This document shows, in pieces, positions 37,804 through 48,215 of a stretch of DNA of 64,000 bases. The notes under the pieces were generated by a model. The model ran no database searches. It was not told the DNA's origin and was given only the letters and a program-made list of their open reading frames with translations. Numbering within the stretch: the stretch's first letter is position 1; each line of letters opens with the position of its first letter. The DNA is from an uncultured Poribacteria bacterium (GTDB lineage Bacteria > Poribacteria > WGA-4E > WGA-3G): the NCBI GenBank assembly GCA_951813565.1, contig OX638351.1, forward strand, positions 3,616,001 to 3,680,000, in the 5' to 3' direction. The translations under genes were made by a program, and so were the position numbers.

Positions 37804-37948
37804 ACTGTTCAAACTCCTATAGAAATGAATCTCACTTTTACGTGAGTTTCGCGTTAAGTAGGTGAGTTTGAATAAACTGCACCCATTTTACCATACCAAT
37901 CTTTACTAATCTGTGTTCCATAATAACATATTATTTCATATTAGTATA

Positions 37949-38245
37949 ACCTAAGTTGCCATCTATGTAGCACAATCTATATGAAGATTAGCTTATTCTT
38001 TCGGTAATTTTCTGTCCGCACGAGGCAGATGTGCCCGCTGCTGGCGAGGTTTCCTAACCCGGCTAAATTACCGATTTATTTTTTTAATCTTCATTTAGAT
38101 TGTGTCTGTGAGGACGCAACTGACAGTTTGCGCTACGAAATCTTAAGAAAAATGAAGAATTTTCTATTAAAAACGGTGTTGAACGTCTAAAATCTTGTAG
38201 GTAGCAACTTGAGTTAAATTACCGAATTAATAACTTAATCTTCAT
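37949..38245. mobile_element. Second ACCTAAGTTGC-type MITE with a nested ATGAAGATTA...TAATCTTCAT element and an orphan extra end
   Basis: ACCTAAGTTGCCAT (37949) / GTAGCAACTTGAGT (38201-38214); inner IR 37981-38010 vs 38065-38094; third copy of that end at 38216-38245. Confidence 0.7.
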
Positions 38246-38515
38246 ACAAGTGGTTTTCACATGTTCCAAGTATTATACCTTTCTGTAATTTTTTTGTCAA
38301 GTTTTTTTGCTAATTTATCAAAAAGGTGTTGAGATTGCCTTATATCGCATTTTTCCTGCCATCTGGTTTATAATCATAAGGTTTTTACAGTTTCGGGTAG
38401 TAAAAACGATACGGAATGCAGGTAGTTTATCAGATTAGACGCGCAGGAGGGCTGTATTTATATTGACACATTCAAGTTGATATGTTAATATTTATCTAAA
38501 CTTTATACCCATCCT

Positions 38516-40126
38516 GTGGAATACATTTTGAATTTTGTGAAACGTTACCGATATTGGCTCGCTGCAAGTTCAGGAATAATCCTGTTTTGTAGTTTTCCCA
38601 ACGTTAATTTCTTCCCACTTGCATGGGTTGCGTTAGTCCCCTTATTGGTAGCACTTGAACCAGTCGAGAGTTGGAAATCAGCATTTCGTGTAGGGTATGT
38701 ATCAGGATTTCTGTTTTTCGCAGGTCTACTTTTAGCGATCGTTCTCTTATATCCTTATGCGAATATATTTGTTACACTACTCGGTTATCTGCTTTTGGTT
38801 GGATATACAGCACTCTATTTTGCTGTGTTTGCAGTATTAGTATATCAGTTGCCCTGGCAATCAGGGATATTATATCCATTAGGCGCTGCTTCTATCTGGG
38901 TTACATTAGAATGGATACGTAGTTGGTTGCTAACAGGGTTTCCGTGGGGAAACATCGGTTATTCACAGTGGAACTATCTACAAGGAATTCAAATCGCATC
39001 AATAACAGGAGTTTACGGTGTAAGTTTTATTATTGTCTTTTTCAATGCGGGAATTGCGACATTAATTCGTCGTAGACATGAATGGCAGAGAGAATTGGTG
39101 GCGGTAATCGTTCCCTGCTTGTTAGCAATGATATGTCTTATCTATGGATATACTGCAATAGCGAGAAGTGAAAATACTCCACAAAATAGCATGAAAGTGG
39201 CACTTATCCCAGGAAATATATCACAAATTGAAAAATGGCAATCAAAAAATATTGAAAAGATCATAAAAAAATACCTCAATTTGACACGAAAAGCCGCAGT
39301 TGAAAACCCAGACGTAATTGTTTGGCCCGAAACGACAGTTAGAGGGCAAGTCTTATCTGGGGAGTGGATAGTACAAGTATCATCTAATAATTTTAGGAGA
39401 TTTCATAACTTATTCAAGCAGACGTTTGGAGAAATCGGTGGCATTCCAATGCTTATAGGTGCTACTGATACTGATGCCTTTGGGGATATTTACAACCGGG
39501 TTATATCAGTTTCATCAGAGGGAGAAATACTTGGTAAGTACACCAAGATGCACCTTGTGCCGTTTGGAGAATATGTACCTTTGGCGAATTTTCTACCCAA
39601 TTTTGTCCAATTTCAACCGTTTGAACATGGAAAAACAGTAAACCTTTTACCGATTACAAACGTTGAAGCAATGCAAACTAACAATCAGACAATAGAAGTC
39701 GGGACATCAATTTGCTTTGAGTCCGCATTTCCAAGCCATTTTCGGCAGTTTGTAAAAAAAGGGGCAGATGCGATGGGCATTCTCACGAACGATGCATGGT
39801 TTGCTGGAACCGCTTTTCCTGAGTTACATCTGGCGATGGTGCCTTTGCGTGCTGTTGAGAACCGAATTGCTGTTTTCCGCTGCGCGAATGGCGGATACTC
39901 ATGCGTTGTCGACAATTTCGGACGGATAACAACACCTTTTGTCACGCCGCAACCTACAGAAGAATTCTTGATTGCAGAGGTGCCGCTTTCTGAAGGAAAC
40001 CTGACTTTCTACACCCGTTATGGGGATTGGTTGTCTATTCTTTGCTTAGTGATTAGCCTCACATGTATTGCTTACGGAATTGTGGTCCGGCATTCAAACA
40101 CAAAACCTACAACCATAGATAATTGA
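38516..40126 (+). CDS. lnt: Apolipoprotein N-acyltransferase
   Basis: LTGFPW, VWPET, KMHLVPFGEYVP, ICFES, TNDAWF, RAVEN, TFYTRYGD. Confidence 0.95.
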   Translation: MEYILNFVKRYRYWLAASSGIILFCSFPNVNFFPLAWVALVPLLVALEPVESWKSAFRVGYVSGFLFFAGLLLAIVLLYPYANIFVTLLGYLLLVGYTALYFAVFAVLVYQLPWQSGILYPLGAASIWVTLEWIRSWLLTGFPWGNIGYSQWNYLQGIQIASITGVYGVSFIIVFFNAGIATLIRRRHEWQRELVAVIVPCLLAMICLIYGYTAIARSENTPQNSMKVALIPGNISQIEKWQSKNIEKIIKKYLNLTRKAAVENPDVIVWPETTVRGQVLSGEWIVQVSSNNFRRFHNLFKQTFGEIGGIPMLIGATDTDAFGDIYNRVISVSSEGEILGKYTKMHLVPFGEYVPLANFLPNFVQFQPFEHGKTVNLLPITNVEAMQTNNQTIEVGTSICFESAFPSHFRQFVKKGADAMGILTNDAWFAGTAFPELHLAMVPLRAVENRIAVFRCANGGYSCVVDNFGRITTPFVTPQPTEEFLIAEVPLSEGNLTFYTRYGDWLSILCLVISLTCIAYGIVVRHSNTKPTTIDN

Positions 40127-40136
40127 AAGGATATAC

Positions 40137-41280
40137 ATGCTAACAGATTTAAAAACAGAAGTTGATACGGTAGCAAACCGACTCCACGAACTCAGGGGGT
40201 ATCTTTGACCAGCCCACAAAAGAAAAAGAATTAGGAGAACTCGAAAAAGAGGCAATGGCACCCGATTTTTGGGGAAACTCGCAGCGCGTCCAAACAGTAA
40301 ATCAACGTATCGCCGCACTCAAGGATGAAATTGATGAATATGAAAAAATAAATAGTGCTGTTGACGATCTGCAGATTTTGATTGAACTTGCTATTGAAGA
40401 AAATGATAACAGTTTGGAACAAGAGATTCAGAATGGTGTAGCAACAGTTACAACGCAGTTAGAGAAAATGGAACTGCGGTTAATGTTAAATGGGGAATTT
40501 GATGAGAACAATGCTATTCTTACCATTCATCCTGGAGCAGGAGGTGTTGACGCACAGGATTGGGCAGGTATGTTGATGCGAATGTATCTGCGGTGGTGCG
40601 ACCAGCACAACTACACGACTGAAATCGCTGATCTTACGCCCGGAGATGAAGCTGGTATTAAAGGGGCAACGATTTTTGTCAAAGGCACATCTGCTTATGG
40701 ATACCTGCAAGCAGAATCCGGCGTGCATCGTCTCGTTCGTCTATCCCCGTTTGATTTTAACAAAAGACGCCATACCTCATTTGCTGCTGTGCACGTTACG
40801 CCCGAAATTGACGATAGTGTTGATGTTGAAATCAATGCTGAAGACCTTCGGATTGATACTTATAGAGCCAGCGGTGCTGGTGGACAACATGTTAATGTTA
40901 CTGACTCAGCAGTCCGAATTAACCATATTCCGACAGGTATTATGGTACAGTGTCAGAATGAACGTTCCCAGCATAAAAACCGAGAAATCGCTATGAAGGA
41001 ATTGCGCTCTCGATTGTATATCCATTTTAGAGCGCAACGTGACGAAGAGATTGCAAAACTACAACCCGAAAGACGAGATATTGACTTCGGAAGCCAAATC
41101 CGATCTTATGTTCTACACCCGTATCAACGGGTAAAGGACACAAGAACAAACGTTGAGACAGGCAACGTTGATGCTGTCTTGAATGGTGATATAGATACGT
41201 TCATTGAGAGTTTTCTGAAAATGAAACCTGCGAAAAAAAGTAACTACCGTAGGACAGGAGGAAGACATGTCCAAATATAG
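40137..41280 (+). CDS. prfB: Peptide chain release factor 2 (programmed +1 frameshift at CTT-TGA-C, 40203-40209)
   Basis: MLTDLKTEVDTVANRLHELRGYL, then AGGGGG-TAT-CTT-TGA-C; the downstream frame has SPF and GAGGQ. Confidence 0.96.
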
Positions 41281-42661
41281 ATGTTATGTATACCTCTCAA
41301 TCATTCTAAGTTTACTTTGTGTCAACACCTATGTATTCGCAGCAATGATTCATGTGCCTGCGGATCAACCTAATATTCAATCAGGTATTGATGCTGCAAA
41401 CGATGGAGACACGGTTTTAGTTGCTGATGGAATTTACAAAGGTAAAGGAAATGTCAATATAGATTTTAAGGGAAAACAGATTACTGTTAAGTCACTGAAT
41501 GGTGCAAAGGCAGCAATTATCGACTGTGAAAGAATTGCAGAAACAAGAGGCTTCACATTCCATAACAAAGAGACCAATGACTCGATATTGGATGGATTTA
41601 CGATTAGAAACGGTCTGCATGAAAAAGGCGGTGGTATCTATTGCGACTTTGCCTCACCAACAATTAAAAACTGTGTTATCACCGAAAACCAAGCAGGTGA
41701 TCCTGCAGACTACAGTGGGTATGGTGGTGGAATTTATTTTTATAATTCTTCTGCAATCATAGAAAAATGTATGATAACGAACAACCTTGTTGGGTCACGG
41801 TTTGGTGGTGGAGGCGTTTATTTAACAGGAGAGTGGGTCGGGCAAAACGACATATCTAAACCGAACTTTATAAATTGCACTATTTCAGAAAATACCGGTA
41901 CTGGTATTTCCAGCAGATGGCGTGTAGTTGTTGCTATTAGAGGCTGTACGGTATCAAAAAACAGTCTACGTGGGGTGGTATGTAGTGAATTTTCACCGGG
42001 TATTAACCTCATTACCAATTCTCATATTGAGCAAAACAGGGACGGTGGTGTTGAAGTTTCAGGAAGTACCAATTTAAAGATTACTGAGTCTATTATTAGA
42101 CAAAACACAGCCAAATCTGGCGCTGGAATTGCCTGCAGTAGAACATCAACTATTGACGTCTCCGAATGTATTATTGCAGAAAATACAGCGACTGCATGGG
42201 GTGGTGGATTTGATATTGAATCTTGGTCCGGAAAAGCTACTATTACACATTGTACGATAACACAGAATACTTCAGGTAAAATGGGAGGCGGAATCTATTT
42301 TAGTTCTACGCCATCACCCAGAACCACTTTAACGTTAACCAATTCAATTGTTTGGGGTAATAAATCGGACGGTGCGTTTGCTGAGCTTGCATTAGGAGGG
42401 AATAAAATAGTTATCAGGTCTTGCGATATCGGGGATGGACTTAAAGGCATTGGTCGTGAAGTAGATGAGGATCGGTTAATCTATCAGGATAACATTGATG
42501 CGGACCCGCTCTTCGTTAATGCTGATAGAGGAGACTACAGGCTTAAACCTAACAGTCCTGCTGCTGCAATGGGTGTGCAATCATTGTCTGTTAGGGAAGC
42601 ACTTAGTGTAACTTCAGTCGGGAAACGGTTGGTAAAGTGGGCTGAACTGAAACGAAAATAA
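41267..42661 (+). CDS. Secreted right-handed parallel beta-helix protein with C-terminal V.S.GK....W..LK motif
   Basis: Signal peptide, VPADQPNIQSGID, repeated GGGI..N.A turns, DPLF...DYRL..NSP, ends LSVTSVGKRLVKWAELKRK. Confidence 0.85.
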   Translation: MSKYRCYVYLSIILSLLCVNTYVFAAMIHVPADQPNIQSGIDAANDGDTVLVADGIYKGKGNVNIDFKGKQITVKSLNGAKAAIIDCERIAETRGFTFHNKETNDSILDGFTIRNGLHEKGGGIYCDFASPTIKNCVITENQAGDPADYSGYGGGIYFYNSSAIIEKCMITNNLVGSRFGGGGVYLTGEWVGQNDISKPNFINCTISENTGTGISSRWRVVVAIRGCTVSKNSLRGVVCSEFSPGINLITNSHIEQNRDGGVEVSGSTNLKITESIIRQNTAKSGAGIACSRTSTIDVSECIIAENTATAWGGGFDIESWSGKATITHCTITQNTSGKMGGGIYFSSTPSPRTTLTLTNSIVWGNKSDGAFAELALGGNKIVIRSCDIGDGLKGIGREVDEDRLIYQDNIDADPLFVNADRGDYRLKPNSPAAAMGVQSLSVREALSVTSVGKRLVKWAELKRK

Positions 42662-42775
42662 TTAGCCGCTTTGACAGATTCAATCTGCTGCTAAGATATC
42701 TCAATTTGGCTTACGATGTCGTGGTTTGAGACACGGAAAATCAGTGGTTCTGAGGTTTTTGGAACAGATAGACTC

Positions 42776-42804
42776 TTGACTTCTAAACCACTATGTAATA
42801 TACT
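42776..42804 (+). promoter_or_regulatory. Sigma-70-like promoter of the Uma2 gene
   Basis: TTGACT-17-TATACT. Confidence 0.6.
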
Positions 42805-42852
42805 TTAAAACAATACGTTCAATCCTTAAACTTGATGCTGGGAGATAGAACT

Positions 42853-43602
42853 ATGCAGAAAAAAATACAGTCTGCGCCGACAATAGTCTATCCGGAATCA
42901 GACGGTAAGCCTATGGCAGAAACAGATGTACACCGAAAGTTGATGATGGATTCTATTTCAATACTTGAAAACCATTTCAAGTATCAGAATGACGTTTATG
43001 TATCGGGCAACCTACTAATGTATTATGAAAAAGGGGATCCAAGGAAATCTATATCCCCTGATGTGTTCGTGGTTTTCGGGGTTGAAAAGAAACTACGGAA
43101 CACTTATCTGACGTGGGCAGAAGCAAACACACCTGATTTTGTGCTGGAAGTCGCAAGTCCGAGTACGTTTCAGAAAGATATAGGAGAAAAAAAAGAACTT
43201 TACGCGTCTGTGCTACGGGTGAACGAGTATTATATCTACGATCCACTTGGTCAGATTGCAACGAGTTTTATCGGGTACCGGCTTATTGATGGTGTATATC
43301 AAGAAATAGAATTCGTAAACAATCGTCTGCCATCAGTTGTATTAGGCTTGGAATTAGGGGAGCGTGATGGTGAGTTGCGTCTCTATAACCCAAACATATC
43401 ACAGTGGTTGCAAACGCCGTCCGAACAGGCAGAAGATGCCGAGGCACGTGCTGAAAACGCTGAAGAACGCGCACAACAGGAAGCTAACGCTCGGCAAAAT
43501 GCTGAAGAACGCGCACAACAGGAAATAATCGCACGCCAAAACGCTGAAGCAGAGCTTGCTAACGCATTAGCAGAAATTGAACGTCTTCGCGCCGAAAGAT
43601 AA
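42853..43602 (+). CDS. Uma2-family (PD-(D/E)XK) putative endonuclease with coiled-coil repeat tail
   Basis: YPESDGKPMAET..H, SPDVFVVFG, PDFVLEVASPST, EYYIYDP; tail (NAEERAQQE..ARQ)x2. Confidence 0.9.
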   Translation: MQKKIQSAPTIVYPESDGKPMAETDVHRKLMMDSISILENHFKYQNDVYVSGNLLMYYEKGDPRKSISPDVFVVFGVEKKLRNTYLTWAEANTPDFVLEVASPSTFQKDIGEKKELYASVLRVNEYYIYDPLGQIATSFIGYRLIDGVYQEIEFVNNRLPSVVLGLELGERDGELRLYNPNISQWLQTPSEQAEDAEARAENAEERAQQEANARQNAEERAQQEIIARQNAEAELANALAEIERLRAER

Positions 43603-43756
43603 TGAGTAACATCGGAATAATAAGGAAGACATAGAGTAAACATAAATCAAAGTGATCGCTTGTTTGACATAATAGTCAAATTGTTTTGGTGTTGCATTGA
43701 ACATAAGATAAAAGGTATAATTAAAATGGTCATCAGACAGAAAGGAGGGTAGACGT

Positions 43757-45229
43757 ATGGAAGAAACAAATGACTTAATGCGACAACGGAAAGAAAAATT
43801 AAATGAAATCCGCGAAGCAGGTATTGACCCTTATCCGCATCAATACGCCCCAACACATACAACATCAGCAATTCATAAAGAATTTGAAGATGTCGATGAA
43901 ACACCTGATGACACACACCGAGTTACTATCGCTGGTAGGATTATGACCAAACGCGATCATGGCAAGAGTAGTTTTGCGCATTTGCAGGATAGTACCGGAC
44001 AAATCCAAATTTACGTGCGTCGAGACGATGTTGGAGTAGACTCTTATCGAATCTATCGCCGATTTGATGTTGGTGATATTATCGGTGCAAGCGGTATCGT
44101 TTTCCGTACACGCACTAGTGAATTAACAATCCTCGTTGATGCGGTGGAACTACTCTCCAAATCTATCCGCCCCCTCCCCGAAAAATGGCACGGTTTACAA
44201 GATAAACAGACTCGCTACAGACAACGATATGCCGATCTTATCATGAATCCCGAAGTGAAGGAAGTTTTTGTCAAGAGGACACAAATTGTCCAAGCTATTC
44301 GGGATATGCTCAATGAACAAAATTTTATTGAAGTAGAAACGCCTGTGTTGCAACCAATCTACGGTGGTGCAAGTGCCCGCCCCTTCACAACCTATCATAA
44401 CACCTTAGACCAACCGCTATATCTTAGAATTGCAAACGAACTCTATCTAAAACGTCTCATAGTAGGAGGATTTGATCGGGTATACGAATTCTCGCGCGAT
44501 TTCCGCAACGAAGGTATGGATAGAGACCATAGTCCAGAATTTACGATGCTTGAACTCTATCTGGCTTACGCAGATTACCTTGAGGTAATGGAACTAACAG
44601 AAATTCTGATTGCGCAAACGGTGGAGAAACTTCACGGCACAACAAAAATTACCTATCAGGATCAGGAAATAGATTTTACACCCCCGTGGCAAAGAATGAC
44701 AATGATAGAGTCAATTCAGGAATATAGCGATTTTGATCCCGATACACTTTCTGCTCATGAACTCTATACAAAGGCAGCAAACGCAGGCGTTGAATTAGCA
44801 GGAGATGAATCAAAAGGCGAAATTATTGCAGAACTATTTGATGTTTATGTAGAGTCTAAACTAACTCAACCAACGTTTATCTACGACTACCCCATTGAAG
44901 TATCCCCGTTTGCCAAAAAGAAACCTGAGAATCCTGAACTCGTAGAACGGTTTGAATTTTTTATTAGCGGTATGGAAGTTGGCAACGCCTTTAGTGAGCT
45001 TAATGACCCGATTGACCAACGGCAGCGCTTTATGGAACAAGCAAGCAATTTAGCAAAAGGTGATGAAGAAGCGTTCATGGTTGACGAAGATTATTTGCGT
45101 GCGTTGGAATACGGAATGCCGCCCACGGGTGGACTCGGTATCGGAATCGACAGATTGACGATGTTATTGACGGATCAATATTCTATTCGGGATGTAATCC
45201 TATTTCCGCAGATGCGTCCAGAAAATTAA
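43757..45229 (+). CDS. lysS: Lysine--tRNA ligase (class II)
   Basis: LPEKWHGL, RYRQRY.DL, LYLKRLIVGG, FRNEG, EYGMPPTGGLGIGIDRL. Confidence 0.97.
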   Translation: MEETNDLMRQRKEKLNEIREAGIDPYPHQYAPTHTTSAIHKEFEDVDETPDDTHRVTIAGRIMTKRDHGKSSFAHLQDSTGQIQIYVRRDDVGVDSYRIYRRFDVGDIIGASGIVFRTRTSELTILVDAVELLSKSIRPLPEKWHGLQDKQTRYRQRYADLIMNPEVKEVFVKRTQIVQAIRDMLNEQNFIEVETPVLQPIYGGASARPFTTYHNTLDQPLYLRIANELYLKRLIVGGFDRVYEFSRDFRNEGMDRDHSPEFTMLELYLAYADYLEVMELTEILIAQTVEKLHGTTKITYQDQEIDFTPPWQRMTMIESIQEYSDFDPDTLSAHELYTKAANAGVELAGDESKGEIIAELFDVYVESKLTQPTFIYDYPIEVSPFAKKKPENPELVERFEFFISGMEVGNAFSELNDPIDQRQRFMEQASNLAKGDEEAFMVDEDYLRALEYGMPPTGGLGIGIDRLTMLLTDQYSIRDVILFPQMRPEN

Positions 45230-45230
45230 A

Positions 45231-45780
45231 ATGAAAACCGCTCCAACACTATACACAGAAAGGTTGATACTTCGTTCTTTTACACTTGAAGATGTCGTTG
45301 ATGTGCAAAGACTTACAGATGATCCTGATATGGCATCAACAACTTATCATATAGAATATCCATACAAAGATGGTATGGCAGAGGAGGATTGGATGGTATA
45401 ACCAACAATTTGAAAAAGGCAAAGGTATTTATTTTGCGATTGCGTTTGCAAAAGACGAAACCTTGATTGGTGAAGTGGACTTAACATTCCGGACTCACCT
45501 TCCTTACAAAGACGCATCACTGAACTATTGGATAGGGAAATCGTATTGGAATTGTGGGTATTGCACTGAGGCAGCAAAAGCTGTTGTTGCTTATGGATTG
45601 CGAGAACATGACATTGAGTTAATTTTCGCCGAGCACTTCAAACGAAATCCCGCCTCTGGCAGGGTGATGCAAAAAATAGGGATGCGCTACAAAGATTTTT
45701 TTCCTAAAGACCCAGAAAACGATGCTTCTGAGGATACGCTCCTGTACATTATTAAAAAGGATGAATTTGAAGGAAAATGA
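45231..45780 (+). pseudogene. RimJ/RimL GNAT acetyltransferase, frameshifted paralogue of the next gene
   Basis: ATG 45231 gives MKTAPTLYTERLILRSFTLED...YKDGMAEE, then a shift near 45386 into IGWYNQQFEKG...YWIGKSYWNCGYCTEAA. Confidence 0.8.
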
Positions 45781-46337
45781 TAACCGCACCAACACTACAC
45801 ACAGAAAGGTTGGTACTTCGTCCATTTAAACTTGAAGATGCACCAGATGTACAACGTTTCGCAGGTGATCGTGATGTGGCATCAACTACATGTGCAATCC
45901 CACATCCTTATGAAGATGGAATGGCAGAAGAGTGGATTAGTACCCATCAACCAGATTTTGAGAAAGGAACAGGAATCAATCTGGCGATAACGTTTAAAGA
46001 TACTGAAAAAACGGAAGACACAATTCTGATTGGTGCAATTGGTTTAGGAATTGATCTTACTGAAAAGATTGGAGAACTCGGTTATTGGGTCGGTAAACCG
46101 TATTGGAATAGCGGGTATTGTACAGAGGCTGCGAAGGCTATCTTAACCTATGCTTTTGACGTTTTAGAGTTGACGAGTATTCACGCTTTTTATTTCAAAC
46201 GAAATCCGGCATCGGGTCGTGTCTTGGAAAAGATTGGCATGCAATTTGAGGAATGCTTCCCTAAGGGAGTAGAAAAATGGGGCGTACTTGAAGATTTAGT
46301 AAAATACAGCATACAAAATAAAACAGATAATTCTTAA
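45777..46337 (+). CDS. RimJ/RimL-family GNAT N-acetyltransferase
   Basis: LHTERLVLRPF, ELGYWVGKPYWNSGYCTEAA, NPASGRVLEKIGM. Confidence 0.9.
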   Translation: MITAPTLHTERLVLRPFKLEDAPDVQRFAGDRDVASTTCAIPHPYEDGMAEEWISTHQPDFEKGTGINLAITFKDTEKTEDTILIGAIGLGIDLTEKIGELGYWVGKPYWNSGYCTEAAKAILTYAFDVLELTSIHAFYFKRNPASGRVLEKIGMQFEECFPKGVEKWGVLEDLVKYSIQNKTDNS

Positions 46338-46411
46338 TCGGGTAAAAAACAGTATTAGTTTCAGGAGGCTACAGATGCCTTTGATAATCTGTTCTAAACA
46401 GCATTTTTAAT

Positions 46412-48046
46412 ATGAAATTTGAATGGTTCGTAGCCTCGCGGTATCTGCTTTCACGGAGAAAACAATCGTTTATCTCAGTTATTAGCATTATCTCCATTGC
46501 AGGGGTTGGTCTCGGCGTTGCAACTGTGATTTTAGTAATTGCCGTTTTAGATGGTGTAGAACATGGACTCAAAGAGCGATTTCTTGCGAATGACGCACAC
46601 GTGATTCTAAGATTGATTGACAACGGGTACTTTAAGAATTACCAAGATAAAATTGAAGCCATTAAGAAAGTTGAGGGGGTAGTCGCCGCATCGCCTGTTG
46701 TTTATTCACAACTCGCTGTTTTTCGAGAAGGTGCCGAACAGATCGAAGATGTAATTATCATCAAAGGAATTGAACCAGAAGTTGAGGATAAAGTTACAGG
46801 TTTCACAAAGTTTGTGAATGGCTCATACGATTTCCAAAATGATGATTTAATCGACAAAGCAAGATTTTTAAATGATGAAACGATTACTGGTGGAATTGTG
46901 CTTGGCTCACGATTAGCAAAACGTCTCATTGTAAACAAGGGTGATATCCTACGTCTTGTCGTAAAATTGGTGAATGACGGGACGACAGTAGACGCGTTTA
47001 CGCCGTTAATCAGGAATTTTGTTGTAATAGGGTTTTACGAATCGGAATTGGCAGTTTATGACAACCGAACGGCTTTTATACATTTAGAAACTGCACAAAA
47101 AATATATCAAGTAGATGATAAAGTAAATTTTATTTTGATTCGATTGGAAGATGCCGAACTTGCCCCGAAAATGGGAGAAAAAATAGAAGCAGCAGCAGAT
47201 TTTGATTTTCTTGAGATGCCGGGAACAACAACATGGTTGGAAACACACGCGCCGTTGTTCACCGCATTGAAATTGGAAAAGATCGCTACGGTTATCATTG
47301 AAGCACTCATTATTTTGGTTGCTGCCTTTAATATCGCAAGCACATTGATAATGACGGTCATGGAAAAAACACGAGACGTTGGAATGCTACGTACACTTGG
47401 AGCATCGCGTGGTCACATTATGAGTATTTTCATGATTAAAGGGAGTGTGATTGGCATGTTAGGAACGATAGTTGGAACGACTCTGGGACTTTATATGTGT
47501 TGGTTGCTGAGCACAAATGTAGTAAGGCCCTCACCTTGGTATGCAGTTGAAGTTATTGGAATAGTAAGTTTATACCAGGTCGCAATTGCGTCCCGCCGTA
47601 TTGATATTGCAGGCATTCTGCTCCTCATCTTTGTGCCAATACAAAGCATAGGTTGGCTTGTTCTAAAGGTATTACCTGCAATGAGTTGGCAAATTCCGTC
47701 TGTGATACTACTTCTAATTAAGGGTATAGGTATAGGGTTGTTAATCTTCTCTATTTTTGCTATGATAAAATCATGGTCGAAGTTGTCTTCAAAATGGAAG
47801 TTGACTTTCTTACTTTTTTGGACTATAGTATTTGGTTTTGTGCTTTTCTCGATTGTTGAACCTATTTCTTTGGAAAAATTGGGCTTGAGTGCGATTTACC
47901 AAATGAATCAACTACCGATAAAAGTGAATTGGTTTTTTGTCGGTTTTATAAACGTGCTCTCATTCGCTATTTGTTGGTTTGCGACAATATATCCAGCGTG
48001 GCAAGCATCAAATTTGAAACCAATAGAGGCGTTGCAATATGAATAA
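46412..48046 (+). CDS. lolC: Lipoprotein-releasing ABC transporter permease LolC/E (with extra TM insertion)
   Basis: RYLLSRRKQSFISVISIISIAG, VAAFNI.STL.M.V.EK, YPAWQAS.LKPIEALQYE; adjacent to lolD. Confidence 0.85.
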   Translation: MKFEWFVASRYLLSRRKQSFISVISIISIAGVGLGVATVILVIAVLDGVEHGLKERFLANDAHVILRLIDNGYFKNYQDKIEAIKKVEGVVAASPVVYSQLAVFREGAEQIEDVIIIKGIEPEVEDKVTGFTKFVNGSYDFQNDDLIDKARFLNDETITGGIVLGSRLAKRLIVNKGDILRLVVKLVNDGTTVDAFTPLIRNFVVIGFYESELAVYDNRTAFIHLETAQKIYQVDDKVNFILIRLEDAELAPKMGEKIEAAADFDFLEMPGTTTWLETHAPLFTALKLEKIATVIIEALIILVAAFNIASTLIMTVMEKTRDVGMLRTLGASRGHIMSIFMIKGSVIGMLGTIVGTTLGLYMCWLLSTNVVRPSPWYAVEVIGIVSLYQVAIASRRIDIAGILLLIFVPIQSIGWLVLKVLPAMSWQIPSVILLLIKGIGIGLLIFSIFAMIKSWSKLSSKWKLTFLLFWTIVFGFVLFSIVEPISLEKLGLSAIYQMNQLPIKVNWFFVGFINVLSFAICWFATIYPAWQASNLKPIEALQYE

Positions 48047-48056
48047 AGCCAAATTA

Positions 48057-48187
48057 TAGTGAATTATAAAAATATGTTGACACCCTTCTGTAGGAGCGAT
48101 CTCCGAATCGCGATTAAACACAATGATAGTCGGGAATCGGAGTTCCCTCCTACCCTAAAAATGTTAAAGTAATTCTTAAATCCACTA
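48057..48187. mobile_element. MITE-like element (TAGTG...CACTA ends) with GTAGGAG...CTCCTAC REP-like cargo
   Basis: TAGTGAATTATAAAAATATGTTGACA vs TGTTAAAGTAATTCTTAAATCCACTA, imperfect IR. Confidence 0.6.
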
Positions 48188-48215
48188 AAAGCTAACCCTA
48201 ATACTGTGTACTTCA

